Shown here: positions 22,417 through 33,025 of the stretch, piece after piece
Layout: each line of letters starts with the position of its first letter
Position numbering within the stretch: position 1 is the first letter of the stretch
From: Deltaproteobacteria bacterium
Lineage (GTDB): Bacteria; Myxococcota; Kuafuiibacteriia; Kuafuiibacteriales; Kuafuiibacteriaceae
Direction of reading: 5' to 3'
Assembly: GCA_040218735.1 (NCBI GenBank)
Contig: JAVJQW010000027.1
Coordinates: forward strand, 27,134-91,133
Length of the DNA stretch: 64,000 nt
Notes under the pieces: model-generated
What the model was told of the DNA's origin: nothing
The model's database searches: none
Seen by the model: only the letters and a program-made list of their open reading frames with translations
Made by a program: the position numbers and the translations under genes

Positions 22417-23085
22417 ATGAAACGAACACCGTACTGGATCGCGGTCTCCTTCCTCGTTGCCTGCACGCAGGTCGACGACGCTGCGGGCCCACCGATCATC
22501 GACCAAGACAACGCGGAGCTGGACTGCCAGATCCCCAGTGACGAACCCGGACTCCTCAACGACGGCCGAGCCGAGTGGGCGGGCGCTGGAGAGGAGGTGC
22601 TGTCGGCCGACGGAACGAGCGCGCTCGCGACGGTGGTGCTGCAGGGGCCCAGTCATCGCGTGGCCGAGCTCGTCGTCGAAGCGCGCGCACGAATCGGCAA
22701 CCGCCATGTGGAGCTCTTGAACGCGCGGCGACGGCTGGAGCCCGCTGAGGTGGCGCGGGTCGCGATCGATCTGCGACCCGCGCTCGCCCTCGACTCGGCG
22801 CAGCTCGACCATGTCACGCACGTCGTCGTGTCCGTCGCAGCGCTGGACGAGACGGGTCGTGTCCTCGAGCGCACGTCACTCCCCGGTCGGTATCTCGCCG
22901 TTCAGAAGGAGGGCACCGCCCGGGTGTTCTGCAACGAGACCTTCGTTCAACGCTACGCGGACGGCTTGACCAACGCCGACGCGCGGCAGCGGTACCACAC
23001 CGCCCGCGCCGCGCTCCCGCCCGACGACTCGATCTCTCTCGGCGTCGGTCCTGGCCTCTACAAATTCACCCCGTCCGCAGAATAG
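22417..23085 (+). CDS. hypothetical lipoprotein
   Basis: MKRTPYWIAVSFLVAC lipobox. Confidence 0.75.
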   Translation: MKRTPYWIAVSFLVACTQVDDAAGPPIIDQDNAELDCQIPSDEPGLLNDGRAEWAGAGEEVLSADGTSALATVVLQGPSHRVAELVVEARARIGNRHVELLNARRRLEPAEVARVAIDLRPALALDSAQLDHVTHVVVSVAALDETGRVLERTSLPGRYLAVQKEGTARVFCNETFVQRYADGLTNADARQRYHTARAALPPDDSISLGVGPGLYKFTPSAE

Positions 23086-23095
23086 GAGACGAACA

Positions 23096-24262
23096 ATGCG
23101 ATTCCCTTCAACGATGTTGCTTCTCGCGGCGATGTTCGCCGCCCCCGCGACCGCCTCCGCCTACTCCGCGACCATCTGCTTCGAGTACGAAGTGGACTTC
23201 GCCGACCGACTGGGTGGCGATTGGTGGAGAAGCACTGCGGACAAGACGGCCCGGGGTGTCCGGGTTCAGGTCATCACCCAAAGCGGTGTCGTCGTGTTCA
23301 ACGACTACGCGAGCGCGTCGACGGGCTGCACGCCGACCCTCTCGATGGGCGCGACGCCGCACCTGATCCGCGCGTTCACGATCGCCAAGACACAGCACAA
23401 CAACCTCGTGATGGTCTTGGACGACGATGAGAGCCACGTGTCCTACTCGTTCACGGTCGCATCGGCGTTCACGCCGTACGCGTCGGGGACCTACACGTTC
23501 CCGATCGACAACCCGAGCAGTGGAGCGGCGGAGGACGTGGTGAACGTCGCTGCCGCGGCCGGTTACGCAGTCAACAAACGCAACGGCGGACACCACAACC
23601 AGACCTTCTCCCTCTACAACCAGATCTGCCCCAGCGGCACCGGTAGCTGCATGAGGCAAGGCGGCGCGAAGATGTACCTCTCCCCGTACGGGAAACGTCG
23701 GAAGTTCATCATCGCGCACGAAGTCGGTCACGCGGTCGGTGCGAAGCGCGACGAGTTCACGTCGCCCGCGGTCAGCGCCTCTTCCGCGGCGAGCGCGTGC
23801 GACGAATGGACCGATACGTCCCACGATCTCGTGAGCAAGGAGTGGCAGTCGACCGGGTTCATCGAAGGCTACGCACACTTCTACGCGGCGACGGTCTTCA
23901 ACGACCCGGCGGAGTACGACTGTGAGTTCTTCTATTACAAGTCGATCGACTTCGATAAAAACGGCTTCGGCGAGAGTCCGCGGGTCCGAGACTGTGAGGT
24001 TGGCGGTGACTACCTCGGGACGTACTGCGACGCACCGCTCACGAATCGGTCGACCGAGTACGACTGGCTGCGGTTCCTCTGGGACCTGCACACCAACGAA
24101 GGCGAGACGTTCACCAACATCACCGACATCCTGGACCGCGCGAATCCGCGGAACTGGACGGAGGCCACCGTCTACGATCGGCTCCGTGACGCCGCGATCG
24201 TCGAAGGGGTCTCTGCTTCGGCGTGGGACGACATCGCGGCGTACAACGGCGTCACGCGCTGA
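23096..24262 (+). CDS. secreted putative zinc metallopeptidase (gluzincin-like)
   Basis: Signal peptide ending ASA; IAHEVGH followed by GFIEGYAHF; AGGAG RBS. Confidence 0.75.
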   Translation: MRFPSTMLLLAAMFAAPATASAYSATICFEYEVDFADRLGGDWWRSTADKTARGVRVQVITQSGVVVFNDYASASTGCTPTLSMGATPHLIRAFTIAKTQHNNLVMVLDDDESHVSYSFTVASAFTPYASGTYTFPIDNPSSGAAEDVVNVAAAAGYAVNKRNGGHHNQTFSLYNQICPSGTGSCMRQGGAKMYLSPYGKRRKFIIAHEVGHAVGAKRDEFTSPAVSASSAASACDEWTDTSHDLVSKEWQSTGFIEGYAHFYAATVFNDPAEYDCEFFYYKSIDFDKNGFGESPRVRDCEVGGDYLGTYCDAPLTNRSTEYDWLRFLWDLHTNEGETFTNITDILDRANPRNWTEATVYDRLRDAAIVEGVSASAWDDIAAYNGVTR

Positions 24263-24430
24263 GCCGCGTCGAAGATGCGAGCTCGACGTGCGTTCGACCT
24301 GCGCGGGCTGCGAGGAGCAACCCGTAGGGACGAACGCCAGTAGAACCCGCCCACGTTCGTTTGCGCACTCCCGCCGTACTCGTGCGACTCGCCACGTCGC
24401 CTCCCGTTGACTGACCCGCCGCGAGGCGCC

Positions 24431-25741
24431 ATGGTCCGCGCGAAAATGAGCGCGAAGATCGGCGTTGTTGGCATGTGGCACCTCGGGTGCGTGATATCGG
24501 CCTGCTGGGCCAAGTTGGGGCACAAGGTGGTGGGCGTCGATCGCGACGCCAAACGTATCGACGCCCTGAAGAACGGCACCCCGCCGTTGTACGAGCCTCA
24601 CCTCGAGGAGACGATCCAGCAGTACATCGAGAGCGGTCACCTCGCGTTCGACACGGAGGCCTCGGCGCTCGCAGACGCGGACTTCGTGTTCATGTCCTAC
24701 GACACGCCGGTCCGCGACGACGACTCCAGCGACGTCACGATCCTGCTCGAGACGATCGACTCGCTCGCTCCGGTCCTGAAGGACGGCGCGGTCGTCGTGG
24801 TCAGCTCGCAGTCGCCGGTCGGGCTCTGCGCGAAGATGCGCGCGACGCTGCAGGCGGCGAACGCCTCGGTGGAGCTCGCGTACTCACCGGAGAACCTGCG
24901 GCTCGGCGAGGCGATTGCGTGTTACCTCGCGCCGGGTCGTGTGATCATCGGGACGGCGACGTCCGAGGCCGAAGCGAAGGTGAAGGGGCTCTTCGGTGAG
25001 ATCGACGCGGACCTCGAGTGTATGGGGCTCGAGTCGGCCGAGGCCGTCAAACACGGCATCAACGCGTGGCTCTCCACGAGCATCACCTTCGCGAACCACC
25101 TCGCGGACATCTGCGAGTCGCACGGCGCGCGCATCGACGACGTCGTCCGTGGCATGAAGACGGACCCGCGCATCGGCCCGAAGGCGTACCTCGCGCCGGG
25201 CATCGGGTTCTCGGGCGGCACGCTCGGGCGTGACCTCAAAGTCCTGGAGGCAGCGAACGACGAGGGCGGCAAGGACGCGACGTTGTTCGGGCACATCCAC
25301 GCGCTGAACGGGCTGCGCAAGGACGTCGTGGTGCGCAAGGTCGATCGCATGGTCGGCGGCCTCTCCGGCAAGACCGTCGCGGTGCTCGGCCTGACGTACA
25401 AGCCGGGGACGAGCACGCTGCGTCGTTCGCTTCCGCTCGCGGTGGTCGAGACCCTCGCGTCGCAGGGGGCGACGGTGCGCGCGTACGATCCGAAGGCCGA
25501 CTACTCCGAGGTGGAGCAGCTTCCGCCGATGACCAAGGCGAGCGGCATCGACGACGCGCTCGAAGGCGCGGACGTCGTTCTGCTGCTGACGGACTGGCCG
25601 GACTTCAAGGAACACGACTTCGCGGGGAGCCTCGCGAAGGCGAAGCAACCGAACTTCTTCGACACGAAGAACTGCCTCGACGAGGCGAAGATGACGCAGG
25701 CCGGCTGGCGGTACGCGTCGATCGGGAGGCCCACGCGATGA
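24431..25741 (+). CDS. UDP-glucose/GDP-mannose dehydrogenase family protein (non-canonical active site)
   Basis: PLYEP, YDTP, SPENLRLG, AEAVKH, DPRIG, GIGFSGGTLGRD, LGLTYKPGT. Confidence 0.88.
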   Translation: MVRAKMSAKIGVVGMWHLGCVISACWAKLGHKVVGVDRDAKRIDALKNGTPPLYEPHLEETIQQYIESGHLAFDTEASALADADFVFMSYDTPVRDDDSSDVTILLETIDSLAPVLKDGAVVVVSSQSPVGLCAKMRATLQAANASVELAYSPENLRLGEAIACYLAPGRVIIGTATSEAEAKVKGLFGEIDADLECMGLESAEAVKHGINAWLSTSITFANHLADICESHGARIDDVVRGMKTDPRIGPKAYLAPGIGFSGGTLGRDLKVLEAANDEGGKDATLFGHIHALNGLRKDVVVRKVDRMVGGLSGKTVAVLGLTYKPGTSTLRRSLPLAVVETLASQGATVRAYDPKADYSEVEQLPPMTKASGIDDALEGADVVLLLTDWPDFKEHDFAGSLAKAKQPNFFDTKNCLDEAKMTQAGWRYASIGRPTR

Positions 25742-26598
25742 AAGCACTGGAAGGCAAGAACGTCATCATCACCGGCGGGAGCCTCGGCATCGGCCTCGCC
25801 GTCGCGAAGAAGTGCGTCGAAGACGGCGCGCGCGTCGCGATCGGCGCGCGCAACGAAACCGATCTCGCCAACGCGCTCGAAGAGCTCGACGCGATCGCGC
25901 CGGGGCAGGTCAGCCACAAACTCGACGTCGCCGACGACGCCTCCGTCGCGGCGTTCGTCGCGCACTGCGAGAAAGAGATGGGCGCGCTGCACGGGCTCGT
26001 GAACTGCGCCGGTATCTACGGTCCGATCGGCGCCACGCCGAACGTCGACCTCGGCGCGTTCGTGCAGGCGATCCAGGTGAACTTCCTGGGCACGGTACGG
26101 ATGTGTCAGGTGGTTGCGCCGAAGCTGGTCGCAAACGCCGAGGGGAAGAAGAAGATCGTGAACTTCTCGGGCGGCGGCGCGGCGAGCCCGTTCCCGAACT
26201 ACTCGGCCTACGCGACGAGCAAGGTCGCCATCGTTCGCTTCACCGAGAACCTGTCGCTGGAGCTCGCGGACGACGGCGTCGAAGTGAACTGCATCGCGCC
26301 GGGGTTCGTCGTGACCCGTCTGCACCAGCAGACGGCGGCGGCCGGCGCGGACGCGGCGGGCGCGGGGTTCTTCGAGAAGACGCAGAAGATGGTCGAGGAC
26401 GGCGGCGTCCCACCCGACAAGGCGGCGAACCTCTCCGCGATGCTGTTGTCGTCGGTCGGCAACGGCATCAGCGGTAAGTTCCTCGCGGCGCCGTGGGACG
26501 CGTGGGACCAGCCCGAGTTCCGGGAGCGGCTGATGAACGAGAAGAACTTCTGCACGCTCCGCCGGATCGACGACAAAGGTTTCTTCGAGAAGAAGTAG
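25738..26598 (+). CDS. short-chain dehydrogenase/reductase
   Basis: TGGSLGIG, NCAG, YATSK, VNCIAPG; ATGA-coupled to the upstream gene. Confidence 0.92.
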   Translation: MKALEGKNVIITGGSLGIGLAVAKKCVEDGARVAIGARNETDLANALEELDAIAPGQVSHKLDVADDASVAAFVAHCEKEMGALHGLVNCAGIYGPIGATPNVDLGAFVQAIQVNFLGTVRMCQVVAPKLVANAEGKKKIVNFSGGGAASPFPNYSAYATSKVAIVRFTENLSLELADDGVEVNCIAPGFVVTRLHQQTAAAGADAAGAGFFEKTQKMVEDGGVPPDKAANLSAMLLSSVGNGISGKFLAAPWDAWDQPEFRERLMNEKNFCTLRRIDDKGFFEKK

Positions 26599-26605
26599 GC
26601 CGCCT

Positions 26606-27364
26606 TCAGTCCGAGCTCTCGAGCGCGACCGTGCCGTCCTTCAGGTCGACGCTGTAGCGGCGCTCCCCGTCGAGCACGAGCTGCGCCGCGCCGGAGCCGT
26701 CGAACGTGACGACGGCGTTCACGTCGATCTCCCGCTCGATGTCGCGGAACGTGCGCGACTTGGTCTGCTTCGCGTGCACGTCGTATTCGATCGTGCCGGC
26801 GACCGGCACCTCGTCCGCGGTGCGGATCTGCACGGCGTCGTAGCGGGCGTCGTAGTCGAGGACGAACGTGCGCGTCTCGTTGCGGAAGATCGCCATGAAC
26901 TCCGACTCGACGTCGAACGTTCCGCTGCCGTCGAGCGTCGCGGTCTCGCCGGTGAGGCCGACGATCTGCCAGTCGCCGGTGCGGCTGAGCTCCGCGTCGT
27001 AGCGTGCCGTGTCGATCGTGCCCTGCACGTCGAGGACGAGTCGCGCCGAGTCGGTGGTCTCGTCGCAGGGGGCGAGGGTCGCGCCCGCGGCGTCCTGGCA
27101 GGTGACTTCGAAGCTGTAGTCGACGGTGCCGCGTTTGCCGCTGATGGAGCCCATGCCGCTCCGGGAGAGGCCGCTCGGGACCTCGCCGTGCGCCGCCTCC
27201 ATGCCGTCGGAGATCGCTTCGGTCTCGCTGCCGGGGTTGTCGGAGACGAGGCCGGCGACGCCGGTCGCGATGTCGTCGTACTCCTCGGGGGTGGGCTGCT
27301 GGCCGCAGGCGAGGGCGAAGGCGCTGAGGCCGAGGATGAGGGTCGTGGTGCGCGTGCTGTTCAT
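26606..27364 (-). CDS. hypothetical beta-rich lipoprotein
   Basis: LSAFALAC lipobox; AAGGA RBS. Confidence 0.8.
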   Translation of the reverse strand: MNSTRTTTLILGLSAFALACGQQPTPEEYDDIATGVAGLVSDNPGSETEAISDGMEAAHGEVPSGLSRSGMGSISGKRGTVDYSFEVTCQDAAGATLAPCDETTDSARLVLDVQGTIDTARYDAELSRTGDWQIVGLTGETATLDGSGTFDVESEFMAIFRNETRTFVLDYDARYDAVQIRTADEVPVAGTIEYDVHAKQTKSRTFRDIEREIDVNAVVTFDGSGAAQLVLDGERRYSVDLKDGTVALESSD

Positions 27365-27441
27365 GGAATCGAGTTCCTTTCACGAGCTTGGACCGGCTCG
27401 CGGCCGCTCGACGGCAACAAAATGAACTCGAATGACCGCGC

Positions 27442-29706
27442 TCACAAGCGCCCGGGCGTTTTGTCCCCCAGGTAGTCCGTGTCGATCAGCTCGCCGCCAC
27501 TCTTGAGCACGACGCCCTTCATGTCGGTGGGCGCGAGCCCCATCTTCATCGCGCCGACCCAGGTCTTGAGGCGTTCCGGTCGCCCGCGCGTGAGGAACCG
27601 CTTCCCCTGCATCGACTCGTACAGCTCCGACACACTCTTGCGCATCCGGGCCTGGAACTTCGTGCGGAAGAAACCTAGGCGCCCGAGGAACGACATCTGG
27701 CTGACGTCCCCGAGCTTGGCGAGCTCCTCGAACTGCGAGGGCAGGTCCGTGAATTCACCGTCCGCGTTGCGCCCGCGGTCGTAGACCTGTTTGAGCGCCG
27801 CGGTCGCGTACGCGTCGACGACCGACGCGTTGTCCGACGCGATCGACACACCGACGTCGACCTGCTCTCCGAAGTCCGGGCCGCAGCTCGACACCGTCTG
27901 CCGCATGTCCGTCCAGGTGAAGGCCGTCATGTGTTTGAAGAACAGCTCGAGCTCGCCGAGTTTGTCGAAGAAACCTTGGCCGGGTCCGCCGGCCTGCTGA
28001 CCCTTGCCTTCATCGGCCAGCGCCTGCGCCTCGCTCGACAGGTGGTGAATCCACTGCTCACCGGTGTCGACCATGTCGTCGTAGTGTGCCTCCCAGTCGA
28101 AGCCGTTCATCTTCTCTTCGGTGAGGCGCCCCTCGTCCTCCAGCCCCTTCAGGTTCACCGCGCCGGTACCCATCCAACGCACCGCCTGCTCGATGCGCTC
28201 GGTGAAGGTGCCGTAGTCCTCGCCGTCGCGCGGCTTCGGGACGCGCGCGAACTTGTTGTGCAGGACCACGCCGCGATCGACGCCCGCGAGCAAGCCGATG
28301 TGATTCTTGTTCGCACCGGTGAGCCCGCAGTTACTCATGATGCCGTGGCGCCCCGGGGGCTTCGGTAGGTTGATCATCTTCTTGAACTTCAGGAGGTGGG
28401 CGTTCACGCGAATCCCGTCCTTGAAGTGTTTCATCGAGTCGTACTGTTGGCGCGTGACCGGGATTTCGTTCTCCTTCAGCTTCATTCCTCGTCGCGCGAC
28501 GACGGGCTTCAAGATGACGGTCGGCCCCTCGTCGAGCGGCAACACCTCGACGCCACCCTCCTTCGCGAGCGCGATGAGATCGGCGTCGTGCCGATTGATC
28601 AGCGGGACGAGGTCTTCGATCTTCGGCGACGCCGGGATCTCACGCTTCGTGTCGTCACGGTAAGTACGCTCGCGTTCGATCATGGCGCGGTGCACGTGGT
28701 TCAACGCGTGCTGGTGTGCCTCCGCGTTCGAGAGCCCCTGCTTGCGGTAGTGGTTCTCGATGCCCGCGAAGATCCCCGCGCCGAGGATGTTCGTGTCCTC
28801 CATGTTGTCCATGGTGGTGCGACCGAAGTCCTTGTTCTCGATCCCCGACTCGTCCGCGATCGTCACGGGCACGTTTTTGTTCTTCGCCGCCGCCTTCTCG
28901 AGCGTCCCGAGCGCGGCGCCGTAACACGCCTCCCAGCTCGTCACGCTCGGGTAGCCGTTGATGCCCCAGTTGATGCCGGGTTTGATGAGCATCGGGTGCG
29001 GCTCGTCCTCGGGCACCCATTCGAGCCAGTTCCACCCGCCGATCTCCTCTGACTGCCTGAGGAACGCCGCCATGATCTGCTGCGCGCTCGACTTCACCGG
29101 CAGCGCCGCGACGCTCGCCGTCGCGCGCACGTTCCCCGCCTGCTTGCGCGCCGCCTGCACCTCGGCCTCGGACGCCTCACCGCTGCGTGCGAACTGCGCG
29201 AACGCGCCGTCGCGCCACTCCATCATGACCTCGGCGTTTGCGGCGCGCGCTGCGCTCGCTTCCTTCCCCGCGCCGACCGTCTTCAGCACCGCCGGGTCGA
29301 TGTCCGCGAGGTTCGCGTGTGCGAAGCGGAGGAGATCGAAGCGCGCGAGCTTGCCTTCGCGCGTGAGCTCACCGTCCGCCGTCGACTCGAAGTTGCGCGC
29401 GTCCATCCCGACCTCGAGGAGGAACCGCGCTTCGTCGTCGGTGACTTGCCCGCCATCCCACGCGGCCTTCTTCAGCGCGAAGGTCTGCTTCGTCGTGAGT
29501 TGCAGCCCTCGCCCGTGCCCGCCGAGGAACCGCTTCTGCAGCACGTCGCGCATGCCGAGCCGGAGCTTCAGGTTTCGCGTCGAGTCGAGCGGCACGAAGA
29601 TTCGGTTGCTCTCCGCGCCGACCTCGCCGCGCTTCATCGTCCCCATCAACGAACCGAGGAAGAGGGAGACGGCCTCGGAGGTCTTCGGCATCCGCATGCC
29701 GACCAT
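27442..29706 (-). CDS. large DUF362-like protein
   Basis: LIKPGINW...YPSVTS, TIADESG, INLPKPPGRH, LTGANKNHIG and GPD motifs, spread out by insertions. Confidence 0.65.
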   Translation of the reverse strand: MVGMRMPKTSEAVSLFLGSLMGTMKRGEVGAESNRIFVPLDSTRNLKLRLGMRDVLQKRFLGGHGRGLQLTTKQTFALKKAAWDGGQVTDDEARFLLEVGMDARNFESTADGELTREGKLARFDLLRFAHANLADIDPAVLKTVGAGKEASAARAANAEVMMEWRDGAFAQFARSGEASEAEVQAARKQAGNVRATASVAALPVKSSAQQIMAAFLRQSEEIGGWNWLEWVPEDEPHPMLIKPGINWGINGYPSVTSWEACYGAALGTLEKAAAKNKNVPVTIADESGIENKDFGRTTMDNMEDTNILGAGIFAGIENHYRKQGLSNAEAHQHALNHVHRAMIERERTYRDDTKREIPASPKIEDLVPLINRHDADLIALAKEGGVEVLPLDEGPTVILKPVVARRGMKLKENEIPVTRQQYDSMKHFKDGIRVNAHLLKFKKMINLPKPPGRHGIMSNCGLTGANKNHIGLLAGVDRGVVLHNKFARVPKPRDGEDYGTFTERIEQAVRWMGTGAVNLKGLEDEGRLTEEKMNGFDWEAHYDDMVDTGEQWIHHLSSEAQALADEGKGQQAGGPGQGFFDKLGELELFFKHMTAFTWTDMRQTVSSCGPDFGEQVDVGVSIASDNASVVDAYATAALKQVYDRGRNADGEFTDLPSQFEELAKLGDVSQMSFLGRLGFFRTKFQARMRKSVSELYESMQGKRFLTRGRPERLKTWVGAMKMGLAPTDMKGVVLKSGGELIDTDYLGDKTPGRL

Positions 29707-29792
29707 TGAGCCTCACACCTGCGGACGTGTCACGGGACGGACCTCGACTCCGTCATTCGTCGCCGTCGAGTGTCAGCGAAACGACCGCTCGG

Positions 29793-31556
29793 TCAACGCG
29801 CGGCGAGGCGCGACGGCGCCGAGGGTAGCGCCGTGGTGGTCGTCGGCGCCGTCTTCTCGTACGCGATGATCACCACGTACCGCCCCCACGGCTCGTCGTC
29901 GGGCTGCCGATGCCCGACGGAGATCACCACGCGTGCGTCGGAGGTGATCAGACCCTGCGGCCACTGGATCTGCTCGAGGTCGGTCGTCTCGACGTAGTAC
30001 CCACCGACGCCGGTCTTCAGCGCGTTGGCGGTCGTGCGCATGAGGGCGTCGAGGGCGTCCTCCGCGGACGCCCCGGTCATGATGGCCTCGTCCGCCTTCA
30101 GGATCGCCGCTTCGAGGTTCGGCGCCATCATCGCCGGCTTCTGCCGACCCGCGCTCGCCCGCGCCGCGGAGATCGACTCGAGGACCTGCGTCCGCAGGTC
30201 GGCGGCGGGCGTCTCGAAGAGCGCGTACGTCGCGAGCAACACGCCGTACAGATCTGACGACGCCTCGAACAGCGGCCCGATCGCGACGCGCTTCGCTTCG
30301 GGATCGAGCAACACCATGCGTCCGAAGGGCCCGTCGATGATGCCCGCGAGGAGCGTCGCGAGGTTCGGCACCCCCACGCTGATCGCGGAGCCGACCTGCC
30401 CGTACCGCACCGTGTCCTCCACGCTCCACCCCGCGCGGAGCCCGAGCGCCACCGTCTCCGCGACCATCGGATCGAGGCGCCCCAGCAGCGACGCGAAGTA
30501 CGGCACGACGAACTGACTCGCCTCCGAGCTCTGCGTCAGGTCGATCGTGAGCGGCGCGCGCCCCGCCTGTTGGCGTACCTCGTTGGCGAGCTCCAACAGA
30601 CGGCCCGTGAGCTCCGCCGCGCTGCTCGCCTGGACCTGCTGCCCGAGCTCCGGCCTTCGGTAGGGCGCCGGCGCAGCGCCCGAAGGGTGAACGCGGATCG
30701 CCGCCCCCATCGTCCCGAACACCGCGCCCGGCTCGAACGTCGCGACCTCGATCCACGCGGCGTCGTCATCGGCCGCCATCGGACACTCCACGACGAACCG
30801 GGGACGTTGCGCGTTGACGACGATTCCACACTCCGCGGCGCCGTAGGTACCCACCGTCGCGAGGGTGCGCTGCGAAGCGATCGGACCCACGAACTCACCG
30901 TCGACGCGATACCCACCCTGAGATCGTGTCACCGAACGAATGGCGATCGTTCGCCGCGCGTAGGCGAAGATGAACATCCCGCGGTTCCCTTCGCGGTGAT
31001 AGGTGAGCCCGGTGGCCAACGGGCCGCGCACGGCCGGCCGTACCATCTGCGCGACTTGCTGTTCCGCGTGATCCCAGACCTTGTGGTCGTCCCACTCCGG
31101 CGGAAGGTCGAAGGTCAGCGTCGAGTACGCGAAGCTCGTCATCAGCGTCTTGCAGCGCGCGGCGAGGTCACGTTGGAGCGCGAGGGAAGGCGCCTTCTCG
31201 TGGATGAGTAGGAAACGCGCCAGCTCGCGGGCGGCACAATTCATCCCCGGCGTCGGACGCGCCTGCCCCTGAGACGTCTGGTAGAGCTGCACCAGATATT
31301 TCGACCAGAGCTGCGCGTCCTGATGAAGTGTGTTGCCGTAGTCCGGAGGGAAGGGGCCGACGAACTCCCAGGACTCGACGTCCGCCACCGCGTTCCCCTC
31401 CAGGGTCGCGTCCAACGCACGTACTTCCGCGAGCGCCTCTCGCGTCGGAAACCCACCCTTCGTCTTGGTGTTGGAGAGGCCCGCGGAGCCACGCCCCGTC
31501 GAGGTGGCGCAGGCCGCGAGGCCCAAACTCATGAGTAGGATCCCCCGGTGGTTCAT
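29793..31556 (-). CDS. hypothetical lipoprotein with CAP/SCP-like segments
   Basis: LGLAAC lipobox; ELANEVRQQAGRAPL, LLDPEAKRVAIG, ISAARASAGRQ. Confidence 0.7.
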   Translation of the reverse strand: MNHRGILLMSLGLAACATSTGRGSAGLSNTKTKGGFPTREALAEVRALDATLEGNAVADVESWEFVGPFPPDYGNTLHQDAQLWSKYLVQLYQTSQGQARPTPGMNCAARELARFLLIHEKAPSLALQRDLAARCKTLMTSFAYSTLTFDLPPEWDDHKVWDHAEQQVAQMVRPAVRGPLATGLTYHREGNRGMFIFAYARRTIAIRSVTRSQGGYRVDGEFVGPIASQRTLATVGTYGAAECGIVVNAQRPRFVVECPMAADDDAAWIEVATFEPGAVFGTMGAAIRVHPSGAAPAPYRRPELGQQVQASSAAELTGRLLELANEVRQQAGRAPLTIDLTQSSEASQFVVPYFASLLGRLDPMVAETVALGLRAGWSVEDTVRYGQVGSAISVGVPNLATLLAGIIDGPFGRMVLLDPEAKRVAIGPLFEASSDLYGVLLATYALFETPAADLRTQVLESISAARASAGRQKPAMMAPNLEAAILKADEAIMTGASAEDALDALMRTTANALKTGVGGYYVETTDLEQIQWPQGLITSDARVVISVGHRQPDDEPWGRYVVIIAYEKTAPTTTTALPSAPSRLAAR

Positions 31557-31579
31557 CGGGGCGGAGAGTACGCGATGAC

Positions 31580-33025
31580 TCAGGGGTTGGCGCAAATGGC
31601 GTAGGTCGTGAGGACCTCGTTGTTCATGTCACCGGAGCAGCGGCAGTACGCTCGCCACGCCGTGTTGCCGTTCGTCGGGTGGCTCTCGTACTCCTCCAGG
31701 TCGCGGCTGTTGTCGTTGCAGGTGCACCCTTCGGAACCGCCGCCGATCACCAGCTGGCCGCCGGTGCACTGCGCGGAGGCCTCCGCCGTGCGCCCGCCGC
31801 CGAAGCTGTCGGTCGCCGTGATGACCTGGTAGCCGAGCGTCGCGAGGCTCCCCGGCCCCGTCGCACCCGTCGGTCCGTCCGGACCGGTCGCTCCCGTCGG
31901 ACCGTCCGGACCCTGCGCACCCGCGGGCCCCTGCGGTCCCACCGGCCCTTGCGCACCCGCCGGCCCTTGCGGCCCCGCGGGGCCTTGGAGTCCCTGCGGC
32001 CCAACGCCGCCCTGCGGTCCCGTCGGACCCTGCGGTCCGACCGCGCCGGCCGGCCCTGCGACGCCCGCCGGTCCCTGCGGTCCCGTCAGGCCCTGCGGTC
32101 CGGTCGCGCCCATCGGTCCCGCGGGTCCCGCCAAGCCCTGCGGTCCCGCCGGCCCCGTCGCGCCCGCCGGTCCCTGCGCTCCGATCGGTCCCTGCGGCCC
32201 GGCGGCGCCCATCGCGCCGACCGGTCCCTGGGGCCCCTGCGGTCCGACCGGTCCCATCGGGCCCAGTCCACCCTGCGGTCCCGCCGGACCCTGCGGCCCC
32301 ACCGCTCCGGTCGTTCCGGTGGGCCCCGCGACACCTTGCGGCCCCGCCGCGCCGGTCGCACCGGCCGGCCCCGTGGCGCCCGCCGGACCCTCCGGCCCGA
32401 CGACGCCCTGCGGTCCCGTCGGCCCTGCGGGTCCCGCCGGTCCGAGCAAGCCACGTTCACCCACCGGTCCGACCGCTCCGGTCGGCCCCGCCGGCCCCGT
32501 CGCACCGGCCGGTCCTCGAGGCCCTTGCGCGCCGGCCGGCCCCTCCGGCCCTGTGGGTCCCGTCGGTCCGCCGATATTGCTCACCGGCCCGATCCACTCG
32601 CCGGTCATCGTGTCGACCAGCGGCTGGCCGCCGACCTCGAGACCACCGGCGACGTTCGCGCGCAGCGCGTACGGGACACTCGCGAGCGGCTCGCGCGGCG
32701 TGAACTCTTCACCCGCGTCGAGCTGGATGCCCACCCAGCGCATGGTCCCGTCGAAGACCTCCGGCGTCAGCTCGGTCTGCATCCCGAGCACGACCTTGTA
32801 GTAGCCGCTCGCGTCGAGCGTCACGGACTGCTGCTCGGTCCACAGTGCGTCGCCGCCTTCGCCGCTCGCGTAGATCGAAAACGTGACGTCGTGCGCGCCG
32901 GTCACCGGTCGATCTTCGGCGTCCGCGAAGTGACCCTCCGCGACGAGCAACGCGGGCGTCTGCGCGTACGCCATGACCGGGGCAGCGACGCACAGCAGCG
33001 CCATCGACAACGTCCTCGAATTCAT
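31580..33025 (-). CDS. secreted collagen-like triple-helix repeat protein
   Basis: Signal peptide; N-domain ending ASVPYALRA; roughly 80 uninterrupted Gly-X-Y triplets; Cys-containing C-terminal domain. Confidence 0.92.
   Translation of the reverse strand: MNSRTLSMALLCVAAPVMAYAQTPALLVAEGHFADAEDRPVTGAHDVTFSIYASGEGGDALWTEQQSVTLDASGYYKVVLGMQTELTPEVFDGTMRWVGIQLDAGEEFTPREPLASVPYALRANVAGGLEVGGQPLVDTMTGEWIGPVSNIGGPTGPTGPEGPAGAQGPRGPAGATGPAGPTGAVGPVGERGLLGPAGPAGPTGPQGVVGPEGPAGATGPAGATGAAGPQGVAGPTGTTGAVGPQGPAGPQGGLGPMGPVGPQGPQGPVGAMGAAGPQGPIGAQGPAGATGPAGPQGLAGPAGPMGATGPQGLTGPQGPAGVAGPAGAVGPQGPTGPQGGVGPQGLQGPAGPQGPAGAQGPVGPQGPAGAQGPDGPTGATGPDGPTGATGPGSLATLGYQVITATDSFGGGRTAEASAQCTGGQLVIGGGSEGCTCNDNSRDLEEYESHPTNGNTAWRAYCRCSGDMNNEVLTTYAICANP
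31850..32570 (-). repeat. 9-nt-periodic collagen Gly-X-Y coding repeat
   Basis: GPxGPxGAx run within the CDS. Confidence 0.9.

Noticed and set aside
31850-32570. Non-coding tandem repeat or CRISPR
   Set aside because: The periodicity is fully explained by Gly-X-Y codons in the collagen CDS.
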